From assembly GCA_963726455.1 (NCBI GenBank), contig CAVSCK010000004.1, forward strand, positions 1,216,001 to 1,280,000: DNA of 64,000 nt, in the 5' to 3' direction. Position numbers and translations under genes: made by a program. The notes under the pieces are model-generated. The model was not told where the DNA came from. It was given only the letters and a program-made list of their open reading frames with translations, and ran no database searches. Positions within the stretch are counted from its first letter, which is position 1. Every line of letters starts with the position of its first letter. Positions 21,745 through 32,136 of the stretch are shown here, piece by piece. The stretch is from an uncultured bacterium. GTDB taxonomy: Bacteria; Zixibacteria; MSB-5A5; CAIYYT01.

Positions 21745-22929
21745 GTGTGGATCGTACAGGCACTTAAGACAGTATTAAAGCGCAGAAGATTCGTGCTGGT
21801 CAATACTCTGATCGTCACGATACTTGCCGCTGGACTGAGTCTGATTCTGCCAAAAACGTTTCGCAGCAAGGCGACCGTACTCCCCCCGGAAAGCCAGTCA
21901 CCTCTAAGCGGGCTGCTCGGCCTGTCCACCAGCCAGATAGCTATGGCGGTTACGAATTTCTCGCTGCCGTTGATGGCGACGCCGTCGGATCTTTATGCCA
22001 GCATGCTCGAATCAGAAACGATACTAAAGAAGGTAGTCGATTCACTTGACCTAAAGACGGTCTACAAGCAAGAGACCGAATGGAAAGCCGTGGCGGCACT
22101 TAAGGATCATATCGCGATTAAAGTCCAGGCTGACGGTATAATCTCGGTCGAAGCGGACGCCCGGAAGGCGCAGTTGGCGTCCGATATCGTCAACTCGCTC
22201 GTGTACTTCCTGGATGACTTCAATCGCCAAATGCAGAACAAGAAAGGCAAAGACTACAGCGAGTTCTTGGCGCGCCGGCTGCAGGAGACCGACAGCGCTC
22301 TCACGAAAGCTCAAAATGCCCTGAAAACTTTCCAGGAAAAGAACAAAGCCGTTGCCCTGGATCTGCAGGCGGAGGCGCTCATCAACAGTCTGGCTCAGCA
22401 AAAGGCCATGCTGACCAGCGCCGAAATCGAATTGGAAATGCTCAAGGGTACGCTGTATCCGACTCACCGGGACGTCATTCGCAAACAGATGGAGGTGAAC
22501 GAAATCAAAGCCAAGCTGCGCGAAATGGAAAACGGCGCCGCGAATCGCACGGATTCAACGTTGTCTGCCCTCGATATCCCCCTCTCGCAGGTTCCTGACC
22601 TTAGTCTGAGATTTGCAATTCTGAAACGCGATGCCAAAATCCAGGAAGCGATTTTCGAGATGCTGTCGCAGCAGGTGGAGGTGGCACGGATACAGGAGCG
22701 TCGCGACACACCAACGATCATGATACTTGATCGCGCTCATCCTGCGGAATTGCCTGTCAAACCGCAGAAGCGGATGATTGTCTTGGCGGCCTTCTTCTTG
22801 ACTTTGTTCGTTACGACGTTGATCGTGTTGATCACGGAGCATCTCCGTGAGAACCGGGGCGACGTCGGGTCAGTAGCTAGCCAGTTTACCGACACCTTGC
22901 GAGACGTTATTAAGAAACCATTCGGTTAG
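21745..22929 (+). CDS. Wzz/GumC-family polysaccharide co-polymerase
   Basis: Two TM helices, periplasmic coiled coil, C-terminal ILDRAHPAELPVKP motif. Confidence 0.85.
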   Translation: MWIVQALKTVLKRRRFVLVNTLIVTILAAGLSLILPKTFRSKATVLPPESQSPLSGLLGLSTSQIAMAVTNFSLPLMATPSDLYASMLESETILKKVVDSLDLKTVYKQETEWKAVAALKDHIAIKVQADGIISVEADARKAQLASDIVNSLVYFLDDFNRQMQNKKGKDYSEFLARRLQETDSALTKAQNALKTFQEKNKAVALDLQAEALINSLAQQKAMLTSAEIELEMLKGTLYPTHRDVIRKQMEVNEIKAKLREMENGAANRTDSTLSALDIPLSQVPDLSLRFAILKRDAKIQEAIFEMLSQQVEVARIQERRDTPTIMILDRAHPAELPVKPQKRMIVLAAFFLTLFVTTLIVLITEHLRENRGDVGSVASQFTDTLRDVIKKPFG

Positions 22930-22973
22930 CCGCGACATGCGCGGGGCGCAAGAATCAAGACATCCAAAGTCTC

Positions 22974-24011
22974 TCAGATCAGTTCCACCAATCGCAATGG
23001 CTGCCAGGTCTTGAGATCGAAACGGATCCAGCGAATCACACCCTTAAAATCCATCGTAACCTCGGCATAATTTGACTTGGGCGGAATGGAGAACGTCAGG
23101 ATGTCGTCACCATACTGGGACAAATCGACTTTCCCGGTTTGAAAAAAAGTGTCGGGATTAAGCATCAGAACGTCGGTTTTGCCTGCAACCGCAACGAGGG
23201 TCTTGTTGGTCACTTCGAATTGAATTTCGCGAGGCCGGTCTAGTCCATCCTTGGTTCCAAGAATCTCGCCTTCGCCGAACATCACGTGATAGATCTTTCC
23301 TTGTTTGGTGTCACAGGAGAAGAAGGAGTTGCCGTCAAAGGCGAATACCGCGTTGTCCAGAAACTTGGCGTCCTTGATAATGATAGTCTGGCACAGGTAT
23401 TTGTTGTCTGTCAGTATCTGGGTCACACTGGCGCGGGCGCCGTTGGCGGTGATGATTTTTCCAGACGGTCCGGGTGACATATTTCGCGGCCCGATCTTGC
23501 CGTTATCCGTAATGGTCAACGGAAAGTAATATAAGAACTTCATTGAGTCTGGGCTGAACACGCGGAAGTAGGTTGAGTCCTCAGACGTGATAAACAGCAG
23601 TTTCTTGATCGGATGGTACAGCAGATCCGTCGGCGGCTGGGCGAACTCAAGAGTATTGATAGTTCTGCCCTGACGGGGGTCGAAGACCCTGAGTGACGGT
23701 TTTGGCATACCGACGGCTTCGTAGACCCAATTGCGGCCCATGTCGTATGCGATGGCAACGACATTGTCGCCTAGCAGATAGCGATTCGAAATTTTGTTGG
23801 TGTTCAGGTCGATCTCGAACATTGTTTTCTGGCTCTTGTCGAGCACGTAGTACTTGTCCGACGTCGGCAACTGGGCTGGTGTCGTCCCGGCCGCCTGGGA
23901 GGCATTCGAAGCCGACGCTGATTTCTGAGCGGCGTTTTGATTGTCGCGACTGCACGACCAGAGGCATATCGCGAGGAGACATACGAGACCGAGGCGAAAG
24001 AGATTCTTCAT
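22974..24011 (-). CDS. Lipoprotein with probable beta-propeller (YncE-like)
   Basis: Lipobox LWSC; low-complexity linker; repeated blade-like segments. Confidence 0.6.
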   Translation of the reverse strand: MKNLFRLGLVCLLAICLWSCSRDNQNAAQKSASASNASQAAGTTPAQLPTSDKYYVLDKSQKTMFEIDLNTNKISNRYLLGDNVVAIAYDMGRNWVYEAVGMPKPSLRVFDPRQGRTINTLEFAQPPTDLLYHPIKKLLFITSEDSTYFRVFSPDSMKFLYYFPLTITDNGKIGPRNMSPGPSGKIITANGARASVTQILTDNKYLCQTIIIKDAKFLDNAVFAFDGNSFFSCDTKQGKIYHVMFGEGEILGTKDGLDRPREIQFEVTNKTLVAVAGKTDVLMLNPDTFFQTGKVDLSQYGDDILTFSIPPKSNYAEVTMDFKGVIRWIRFDLKTWQPLRLVELI

Positions 24012-24022
24012 TATAAACTTCC

Positions 24023-24631
24023 CTAAAAACCGGTATTTACGTGAACTCCGAGAAACAGGTTCCAGGCGCTGGGAGCGATCTGGACGCTATTTCCCCCCAG
24101 AGATAGATTTGTCTTTGCGAAAGAAGTGTACCCAAGCCCTGCCTCCAGATTGATCGCCGGCGCCAGCGCGTAGCGCACACCGCCGTTAATCTGGTATCCG
24201 AACTTCGTGGCGGAATTCTTGACAGAGTGATTGTTGAGTATGGTCTCTTGTTGAACTGATGCCAATCGCGCCAGTAGCTCAAAGAAAGGTTTCACTACTG
24301 GTGTCGGTGGCTCTAGCCGCGCGCCCACAGCGACACCGCTGACCGTAATGCGCGAGGTTTCATTGAGTGCCACGAAAGTAAAGGGCCAGGTATAATGTTT
24401 GTCACCAAATTTCAGCCGATCATAAGCAACGACCATTCTAACGGCGCTGATTGGCAGCACGCGAAAGTCGGCGAGGACGTCAATACCCCAGCCGAGTTTG
24501 GCATAGTCGTTGAAATTGCCGACCGGAAGTCCCGAACCGACACGCAGGCCCACTCCACCAAAGGCGGGACTTGCGGCGGAAATTGCCGTGGCCAAGACGA
24601 GTATGACGACGAACGAACGAAACATAGTCAT
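24023..24631 (-). CDS. Small outer-membrane beta-barrel protein
   Basis: Signal peptide; alternating beta-strand pattern; KFGYQINGGVRY; terminal Phe. Confidence 0.7.
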   Translation of the reverse strand: MTMFRSFVVILVLATAISAASPAFGGVGLRVGSGLPVGNFNDYAKLGWGIDVLADFRVLPISAVRMVVAYDRLKFGDKHYTWPFTFVALNETSRITVSGVAVGARLEPPTPVVKPFFELLARLASVQQETILNNHSVKNSATKFGYQINGGVRYALAPAINLEAGLGYTSFAKTNLSLGGNSVQIAPSAWNLFLGVHVNTGF

Positions 24632-24846
24632 ATATAGTACCCTCGACGATCGGTGGAGGCAACAAATAATACGGGACACGGACCGCAAATTCCTATTGCC
24701 GCGGACGGACAAGTGTCTGTCGCCAAAATGTTTGTGTTCGTTAATTTTGGGAAACAATCGTATACTTTTGGTGTTCTGGTAGACAGTTGGCGGGAATCAA
24801 AGGTCACGGGAAATAAATCCGGGCACTGTGGGAAATTGACAGGTTA

Positions 24847-25755
24847 ATGAGTCAGAAATCGTTATCGCTCTCAATATCGCGACCCCAAAGCATTACTAAT
24901 CTACTCTCCAGCTATCTGCAATTGACGAAGCCATCGATCATGTTGCTGGTTCTGGTTACAGGTGCGACCTCGATGATCATCGAAGGAAGCTTATTGTCGC
25001 AGCCGGCAAAGTTTCTGTTGGTGTTAACAGGACTCTACCTCACCGGCGGTTGCGCCAATGCCCTCAACCAGTATTTCGAACGTGAAGTCGATGCGCGCAT
25101 GTCGCGGACACGAATGAGACGTCCCCTGCCCCTGCACAAGATCGGCGCCCTGCATGCATTGGGATTTGCCGTGACGATCGGGATCGTGGGCGTCGCCATA
25201 TTCGGCGTCTTCTTTAATGTGCTTACTGCCGCATTGTCCCTGGGCACGATTCTGTTTTACAGTCTTGCCTACACGCTCTGGCTGAAACCAAGGACGTGGC
25301 AAAATATCGTCATCGGTGGGGTTGCCGGCGCGATGGCGCCTGTCGGAGCATGGACTGCGGCCACTGGAGCAATGGCGTGGGCGCCCTGGATCATGTTTCT
25401 GATCATTTTCTTCTGGACGCCGCCTCATTTCTGGTCGCTGGCGCTGTTCATCAAAGATGACTATGTGCAGGTTCATTATCCGATGTTACCGGTGGTCAAA
25501 GGCGATAGAGCCACGTTGAGATGGATTCTGCTGTATACCGCCATTCTAGTACCGGTAAGTCTCGCGCCGGCGCTGGCGGGTTCGGGGATTCTCTACCTGA
25601 GCGCCGCGGCAATACTCGGAGCGGTATTTATCTGGAAGGCGTTCGTCGCCTATAAGAACACCGATAGACAACGTGCCCGCGGGCTATTTGGATTTTCCAT
25701 AGTGTATCTGTTTGCGATATTCGGGGCTTTGGTAATAGACAAGTTGAATTGGTAA
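24847..25755 (+). CDS. ctaB: Heme o synthase (protoheme IX farnesyltransferase)
   Basis: LTKP, NQYFEREVDARMSRT..RPLP, YTLWLK, NIVIGG, WTPPHFWSL motifs. Confidence 0.95.
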   Translation: MSQKSLSLSISRPQSITNLLSSYLQLTKPSIMLLVLVTGATSMIIEGSLLSQPAKFLLVLTGLYLTGGCANALNQYFEREVDARMSRTRMRRPLPLHKIGALHALGFAVTIGIVGVAIFGVFFNVLTAALSLGTILFYSLAYTLWLKPRTWQNIVIGGVAGAMAPVGAWTAATGAMAWAPWIMFLIIFFWTPPHFWSLALFIKDDYVQVHYPMLPVVKGDRATLRWILLYTAILVPVSLAPALAGSGILYLSAAAILGAVFIWKAFVAYKNTDRQRARGLFGFSIVYLFAIFGALVIDKLNW

Positions 25756-25784
25756 GGTGCGCGGCACGTCCGGCGCGTTTTTAG

Positions 25785-25813
25785 TTGACAGGGCTGGGTT
25801 ACGATGATACAAT
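25785..25813 (+). promoter_or_regulatory. Putative sigma70 promoter of the act-cox operon
   Basis: TTGACA-N17-TACAAT. Confidence 0.55.
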
Positions 25814-25924
25814 CGCGATGAGGAAAGACCCGAATAAATAGATAATATCGATTTACTTTATCATCGATAGAAGCGGGCTGGGTGCCGAGAGCGATCCCAA
25901 AGATACAAAGGATGAGGTCCGGAT

Positions 25925-26572
25925 TTGCCACAGATTTTTCCTCCATGGACAAATAAGCTCCCCCTGATTGTCGCCATCGGTATTGTCGTAGTCGTGATAG
26001 GTGTAATCGGCTTCTTCTGGTATTACGGTTCGCCCAAGTATACGGACGTCGGCTATCGCCCCAAACAGCCGGTTCCCTACAGTCATAAGCTGCACGCAGG
26101 CGATCTGGGAATGGATTGCCGGTACTGCCACAGCGACGTAGAAGTGTCGCCCGTAGCCAATGTACCTGCGACACAGACCTGCATGAATTGCCACAAGCTG
26201 ATCCTGCCCCAGAGCGAGAAACTGCTGCCGATTCGCGAGAGCTGGATGACCGGGATACCGTTGAAATGGGTGCGCGTACACGAGTTGCCGGAATTCGTCT
26301 ATTTCAACCATGCACCGCACCTGAATGCCGGAGTCGGTTGCTCCAGTTGCCATGGCGATGTCCGGCGCGAGGATGAAGTCACCCAGTTGATGCCGTTAAG
26401 CATGTCCTGGTGCCTTGATTGTCACCGCAATCCCGTCAACAGCATTCGGCCGCGCGAGGAACTGACCAACACCGAATGGTCACCGCCTGCAGATCAAGAG
26501 GCGTTTGGAAAACGAATGATCGCAGAACGCAATATCAAGCCACCAACGGAATGTTCAGGGTGCCACCGATGA
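25925..26572 (+). CDS. actA: Alternative complex III pentaheme cytochrome c subunit
   Basis: Five CxxCH motifs, PKQPVPYSHKLHAG, N-terminal TM helix. Confidence 0.9.
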   Translation: MPQIFPPWTNKLPLIVAIGIVVVVIGVIGFFWYYGSPKYTDVGYRPKQPVPYSHKLHAGDLGMDCRYCHSDVEVSPVANVPATQTCMNCHKLILPQSEKLLPIRESWMTGIPLKWVRVHELPEFVYFNHAPHLNAGVGCSSCHGDVRREDEVTQLMPLSMSWCLDCHRNPVNSIRPREELTNTEWSPPADQEAFGKRMIAERNIKPPTECSGCHR

Positions 26573-29538
26573 GCAACAACAAGAAGGGCGATCCCAAGCA
26601 GTATTGGCGGAGTCTCGCTGAGCTGGAAAATTCGGCTTCAGAGGTTACGGAGAGACAACCGGAATTTCCGGAAGGAACATTCGATCCGCCGAACCGGGTG
26701 ACAAGACGAAACTTCCTGACCATGATGAGCGCCTCACTTGCTCTCGCGGGAGTTGGCTGCTTCCGCAAGCCACTCGAAAAGATCGTTCCCTACGTCATTC
26801 AACCCGAGGAAGTGATTCCGGGTGTGGCGCAACACTACGCCACGACTATGCCATTCGGGCTGGACGCCTTCGGATTGGTCGTGGAGAGCCATGAGGGCAG
26901 ACCTACCAAAATCGAAGGGAACAAGAATCATTCGTCATCGTTGGGCGGCACAAATCCGCTGATACAGGCATCGATCCTGGGGCTTTACGATCCCGATCGT
27001 TCGAAGATTACTCTCAATCATGGCTCTGATAGTAGTTGGGACGATTTCGTGACGTTCTGGCGCAAAGCACATCTCCACTTTGCTGAGACGAAAGGCGCCG
27101 GCCTTGCGGTACTCAGCGAAGCATTTTCATCGCCGACGATGGCGAGATTGAAGGCGGAATTTCTAAGTCAATTTCCGCAGGCGGTTTGGGTGACTTACGA
27201 ACCGGTTAGTGATGAGAATATATATGAGGGCGTGCGGATCGCCTCCGGCAAGCCACTAAGGCCGGTGTATTCGTATGGCAAGGCCGACGTTATCGTATCA
27301 TTGGATTCAGATTTTCTGTTTGGCGAGAGCGACAACGTAGCGGCCGCCAGAGGATTTGCCGACGGTCGACGCATCACCTCCGAGCATGACACGATGAATC
27401 GGCTTTATGTTGCCGAGGGTGTGTTCAGCTTGACCGGAACTATGGCAGATCATCGTTTGCGTGTCGAGAGTTCTCAAATTGCGCCGCTCGCTGCAGCGTT
27501 GGCCGCAGAACTCAGCCGACGGGGACTGCAGATTCCGATTGCTGGAAGACTCGGAAGTTACAGTGATACCAGCTTTGATAAGAAATGGCTGGCGGCAGCG
27601 GCTTCCGACTTGATCGCTGCCAAAGGCAAGGGTGTCGTTGTCGCAGGGCGACGCCAACCGCCGATTGTTCACGCGTTGGCGCTGGCAATCAATCAGGCGC
27701 TGGGAAATGTTGGCGCGACGGTCTCGTATCGTGAGATAACCGATTGTGAAGTGCCCAGCAGGGCTGCTCTCGGCGATCTGACGAAGAAGATGCTCAACAG
27801 CCAGGTTGACACTGTTGTGATAATTGGCGGGAATCCGGTATACGACGCGCCCGCGGATTTGGATTTCGTGAATGCTCTGGCCCAGGTGCCGAACCGCATC
27901 GGACTGGGAATGTATCTGGATGAGACGGCCGACACAATGATCTGGCATTTGCCACAAGCGCATTATCTGGAATCCTGGGGCGACGCCCGTTCCGCCGACG
28001 GCACGGCGAGCGTAATTCAGCCGTTGATTCTACCCCTATTCGGTGGCCACAGTTCGGTCGAATTGCTTGGACTGCTCGCAAGTGGAATCGAGGGCCGTGG
28101 ATACGATATCGTGCGGCAAACGTGGAACAAGTTTCTGACGGGCAGTTTCGAGCGGAACTGGGAGGGCGTGCTGTTCGAAGGCCGGCTGGCATACTCGGCA
28201 TTGCCGTTGGTTACGCCGGCAGTCGATGATAGCGCAATGGCTCAGTTGATCAATCAGGGCGGCCTGAAAGCGTCTGCGCAATCGACGGGCACATTCGAAG
28301 TTGTGTTTGCTCAATCGGCGATGCTATACGACGGGAGATTTGCCAACAACGGCTGGCTGCAGGAAGCACCGCATCCGGTGACGAAGATCACCTGGGACAA
28401 CGTCGCGCTGATTAGTCCGGCGGCTGCTCGGGAACTGAATGTTGACAACGGCGATATCGTGAAAATCACGGTCGACGGAAACAGCATCAAGATTCCGGCC
28501 TGGATTCAGCCGGGACAGGCGGAACGAACGGTCACACTCGACCTGGGATATGGCAGAAGACTTTCGGGGAGAGTCGGCAAGAACATTGGTGTCGATGTCT
28601 ACCCGATACGAACAACTTCGAGCAGCGACTTTGTTTCCGGCGTGGCGATAACGCCAAACGGAAGAACCTGCAAAATCTCAACAACACAAGACCACGATGT
28701 TATGGAGGGCCGGCCCCTCGTACGCGAGGCGACATTAGCTGAGTACAGGCAGAAGCCGACCTTTGCACAGAATGTGGTCGAGCATCCGCCGCTGCAATCG
28801 CTCTGGACGGAATATGATTACTCGAAGGGCAACCAATGGGGAATGACGGTTGATTTGACCACCTGCATCGGCTGCGCCGCGTGCGCACTCGCGTGTCAAA
28901 GCGAAAACAACACCGTTGTCGTCGGCAAGAAGCAGGTCGGCAAAGGTCGGCGCATGCACTGGATACGTGTGGATCGCTACTATCAGGGCACAAGCGACGA
29001 TCCCGAGGTCGTTCACCAGGTGGTCGCCTGCCAGCATTGCGAGAATGCGCCCTGCGAGCAGGTCTGCCCGGTGGCGGCGACGTTGCATGACAGCGAAGGT
29101 TTGAACTTACAGGTTTACAATCGTTGCATAGGCACCCGTTATTGTTCCAACAACTGCCCCTACAAAGTTCGTCGTTTCAATTTCTTCAATTACACCAAGG
29201 ACACGCCGGAGATCGTGCGGATGGCGATGAACCCCGACGTCACGGTGCGCTCTCGGGGCGTGATGGAGAAGTGCACGTTCTGTCTGCACCGAATCAATCG
29301 CGCTAAGATTAAGGCGAAACTGGATGGCCGGGAACTGCACGACGGCGAGGTGGTCACGGCGTGCCAGCAGGCATGCCCAACCGGAGCAATTGTCTTCGGC
29401 AACATTGTGGATGCCAACAGCAGGGTGAGCCAAACGAAGAAGCAGAACCGCAATTATGCGTTGTTGGATGAACTGAATACCAAGCCGCGCTTGTCGTACC
29501 TGGCGCGAATAAGAAATCCAAACCCGAACCTGGGCTAA
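26569..29538 (+). CDS. actB: Alternative complex III molybdopterin-oxidoreductase-like / Fe-S subunit
   Basis: YWRSL, Tat motif TRRNFL, EGRPTKIEGN, C-terminal ferredoxin motifs CIGCAAC, CQHCENAPC, CIGTRYC, EKCTFC. Confidence 0.92.
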   Translation: MSNNKKGDPKQYWRSLAELENSASEVTERQPEFPEGTFDPPNRVTRRNFLTMMSASLALAGVGCFRKPLEKIVPYVIQPEEVIPGVAQHYATTMPFGLDAFGLVVESHEGRPTKIEGNKNHSSSLGGTNPLIQASILGLYDPDRSKITLNHGSDSSWDDFVTFWRKAHLHFAETKGAGLAVLSEAFSSPTMARLKAEFLSQFPQAVWVTYEPVSDENIYEGVRIASGKPLRPVYSYGKADVIVSLDSDFLFGESDNVAAARGFADGRRITSEHDTMNRLYVAEGVFSLTGTMADHRLRVESSQIAPLAAALAAELSRRGLQIPIAGRLGSYSDTSFDKKWLAAAASDLIAAKGKGVVVAGRRQPPIVHALALAINQALGNVGATVSYREITDCEVPSRAALGDLTKKMLNSQVDTVVIIGGNPVYDAPADLDFVNALAQVPNRIGLGMYLDETADTMIWHLPQAHYLESWGDARSADGTASVIQPLILPLFGGHSSVELLGLLASGIEGRGYDIVRQTWNKFLTGSFERNWEGVLFEGRLAYSALPLVTPAVDDSAMAQLINQGGLKASAQSTGTFEVVFAQSAMLYDGRFANNGWLQEAPHPVTKITWDNVALISPAAARELNVDNGDIVKITVDGNSIKIPAWIQPGQAERTVTLDLGYGRRLSGRVGKNIGVDVYPIRTTSSSDFVSGVAITPNGRTCKISTTQDHDVMEGRPLVREATLAEYRQKPTFAQNVVEHPPLQSLWTEYDYSKGNQWGMTVDLTTCIGCAACALACQSENNTVVVGKKQVGKGRRMHWIRVDRYYQGTSDDPEVVHQVVACQHCENAPCEQVCPVAATLHDSEGLNLQVYNRCIGTRYCSNNCPYKVRRFNFFNYTKDTPEIVRMAMNPDVTVRSRGVMEKCTFCLHRINRAKIKAKLDGRELHDGEVVTACQQACPTGAIVFGNIVDANSRVSQTKKQNRNYALLDELNTKPRLSYLARIRNPNPNLG

Positions 29539-29564
29539 TATCGAAACATGGCGGGAATAAACAG

Positions 29565-30959
29565 TTGAGTATCGAAGCCGGAGCACACCGGGAAATATTT
29601 GTCGAGGGAAATCCTCGCTTCAGCGCCATCACGAGCAGGATCAGCGGCATCGTCGAGTCGAAGACGGCCATGGGCTGGATACTGCTGTTCGGAATGGCCG
29701 TTTCCTTGCTGTTGCTCCTGCTGGGCTCGGTCGGATATCTGCTTTGGGAAGGAATCGGCATCTGGGGCCTGAATATCCCATCCGGTTGGGGATTTGACAT
29801 TACTAACTTTGTCTGGTGGGTCGGCATCGGGCACGCGGGCACATTGATATCGGCGATTCTATTTCTATTCCGGCAGCGCTGGCGGACATCGATCAATCGT
29901 TTCGCGGAGGCGATGACAATATTCGCGGTGATTTGTGCACTGCTGTTTCCGTCGATACATGTCGGTCGCGCCTGGCTGTTGTATTGGGTGTTTCCGGTAC
30001 CAAATCAGATGGCGATGTGGCCCAACTTCCGCAGTCCGCTTCTCTGGGACTTCTTCGCCGTCGGGACTTACTTCACTTGCTCATTGCTGTTCTGGTACGT
30101 CGGATTGATTCCTGATCTGGCAACTCTGAGAGACCGCGCCAAAACCCGCGTGCGCAAGATTCTTTACGGGATATTCGCCATCGGCTGGCGTGGTGGGAAC
30201 CGGCAGTGGAAGCATTATGAGTTGGCGTACCTGATCCTGGCAGGCATCATGACGCCTTTGGTGTTGTCAGTTCACTCGGTCGTCAGCACCGACTTCGCGA
30301 CCAGTGTTGTACCGGGATGGCATACCACGATCTATCCCCCCTATTTCGTAGCCGGCGCAATCTTCTCGGGCTTCGCGATGGTGATGACCTTGATACTGAT
30401 CGCCCGGCGAATCTACCATCTGGAAGACATCATCACCATGAAGCATCTCGAACGAATGAACATTCTGATGCTGGTTACGGGACTAATGGTGTCATATTCC
30501 TATGTCAGCGAGTTCTTCATCGCCTGGTATTCAGCGAATCCTTACGAACAGTTCGCTTTTTACAATCGCGTCTTCGGCCCCTATTGGTGGGCTTCAGCGA
30601 TAATGCTGGTCTGCAATGTTGCGGTGCCGCAGCTATTCTGGTTCAAACGTTTTCGAACCAGCATACTGGTAATGTTCATAGTTTCGATTCTGATCAATGT
30701 CGGCATGTGGTTCGAGCGCTGGGTGATTATTCTTTCCCTGTTGCGCGATTACTTACCGTCGAGTTGGGGATGGTACTGGCCGACGAAATGGGAAGTCTTC
30801 ATTATGGTCGGCGCTTTCGGACTGTTCTTCACGTTGTTCCTGTTGTTCATTCGCCACCTGCCGATCGTTGCGATGTCGGAAGTGAAGAACGTATTACCGC
30901 AGGCAGATCCTCACTACAAAACAGAAATGAGCCGCGGCGCAACAGGAGGTAATGCGTGA
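29565..30959 (+). CDS. actC: Alternative complex III NrfD-like quinol-oxidising subunit
   Basis: NFVWWVGIGHAGTLISA, WRTSINRFAE, SPLLWD, SVHSVVS. Confidence 0.92.
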   Translation: MSIEAGAHREIFVEGNPRFSAITSRISGIVESKTAMGWILLFGMAVSLLLLLLGSVGYLLWEGIGIWGLNIPSGWGFDITNFVWWVGIGHAGTLISAILFLFRQRWRTSINRFAEAMTIFAVICALLFPSIHVGRAWLLYWVFPVPNQMAMWPNFRSPLLWDFFAVGTYFTCSLLFWYVGLIPDLATLRDRAKTRVRKILYGIFAIGWRGGNRQWKHYELAYLILAGIMTPLVLSVHSVVSTDFATSVVPGWHTTIYPPYFVAGAIFSGFAMVMTLILIARRIYHLEDIITMKHLERMNILMLVTGLMVSYSYVSEFFIAWYSANPYEQFAFYNRVFGPYWWASAIMLVCNVAVPQLFWFKRFRTSILVMFIVSILINVGMWFERWVIILSLLRDYLPSSWGWYWPTKWEVFIMVGAFGLFFTLFLLFIRHLPIVAMSEVKNVLPQADPHYKTEMSRGATGGNA

Positions 30960-31498
30960 ACAGCATTCCGCACGTGGCGACCATACTTGCCGAATTCGAT
31001 TCGCCGGCGGCCTTGTTGGCGGCAGCCCGGAAGGTCAAGGACGCGGGCTACACACATTTCGACAGTCATTCACCATTTCCGGTACACGGGATGGATGAAG
31101 CAATGGGATTGAAACGATCATCTCTTGGATATTGGGTAGGCGCCGTAGCGTTCGTGGCAATAGCGGCAGCAACGCTGGCCATCTGGTGGATTACGGCAGT
31201 TGATTTCCCGATGGTGATTTCGGGAAAACCATATTTCAGTTTCCAGGCATTTGTACCGGTGATATTTGCGGTGACGATTCTGTCTTCCGCACTCGCGACA
31301 TTGATCACGATGCTCGCGCTGAATCGACTGCCGAAGTTATTCCATCCGCTTTTCGAGTCCAAGCGATTCGCGAAAGTAACCGACGATGCCTTCTTTATCA
31401 GTATAGAGGCAGACGATCCGAAATTCGAGGCGTTGGCTACCGAGCAATTCCTGAAGGATATCGGCAGCAATTATGTGGAGGTCATCGAACTGGCATGA
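30956..31498 (+). CDS. actD: Alternative complex III subunit D (DUF3341)
   Basis: AEFDSP, HSPFPVHGMDEAMG, ISGKP. Confidence 0.88.
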   Translation: MNSIPHVATILAEFDSPAALLAAARKVKDAGYTHFDSHSPFPVHGMDEAMGLKRSSLGYWVGAVAFVAIAAATLAIWWITAVDFPMVISGKPYFSFQAFVPVIFAVTILSSALATLITMLALNRLPKLFHPLFESKRFAKVTDDAFFISIEADDPKFEALATEQFLKDIGSNYVEVIELA

Positions 31499-32128
31499 GG
31501 AAGCGGATGTTCGCAAAAGTATCAATCGTTACTGCACTGCTGCTATTTGCACTTGGTGTGAATGGCTGTTTTCGCGGCGAGCCAAAACGCGAGCCGCCGA
31601 TTCATGTCAATCCGAATATGTTCAAGCAGGAAAAATATCTGCCGCAGTCGGAGAGCAGGTTCTTCGCCGACAGCGCCACAATGCGGCAGCCGGTAGCGGG
31701 AACAGTCCCCAACGACGAATGGCGTGGTGATACGGCGTTCTATCGAGGACGGGACGATCGCGACAGTCTGCTGGCGAAGTCCCCGGTGCCTCTGACGATC
31801 CAGTTGCTGAAACGCGGACAGGAACGATTCAACATCTACTGTTCGCCGTGCCATAGCAGAATTGGCGATGGTCAGGGAATAATCGTACAACGCGGATATG
31901 TGCCGCCACCAAGTTACCATCAGGATCGGCTGCGTAATGTTCCCGACGGATATATCTTTGACGTTATGACAAATGGACTGCGAAATATGCCCTCCTATCG
32001 GCAGCAGATACCGGTGGCGGATCGCTGGGCCATCGTCGCATACTGTGCGGGCATTACAGCGTAGCCAGAATGCGAGCATTAACGACATTCCACCGGAGTT
32101 GCGGAAATCGGTGAAGGAGGGGCAATAG
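31495..32128 (+). CDS. actE: Alternative complex III monoheme cytochrome c lipoprotein (apparent +1 frameshift near 32044)
   Basis: Lipobox VNGC; CSPCH; RWAIVAY continues as VRALQRSQ...KEGQ* in the shifted frame. Confidence 0.85.
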
Positions 32129-32136
32129 TTAGCATC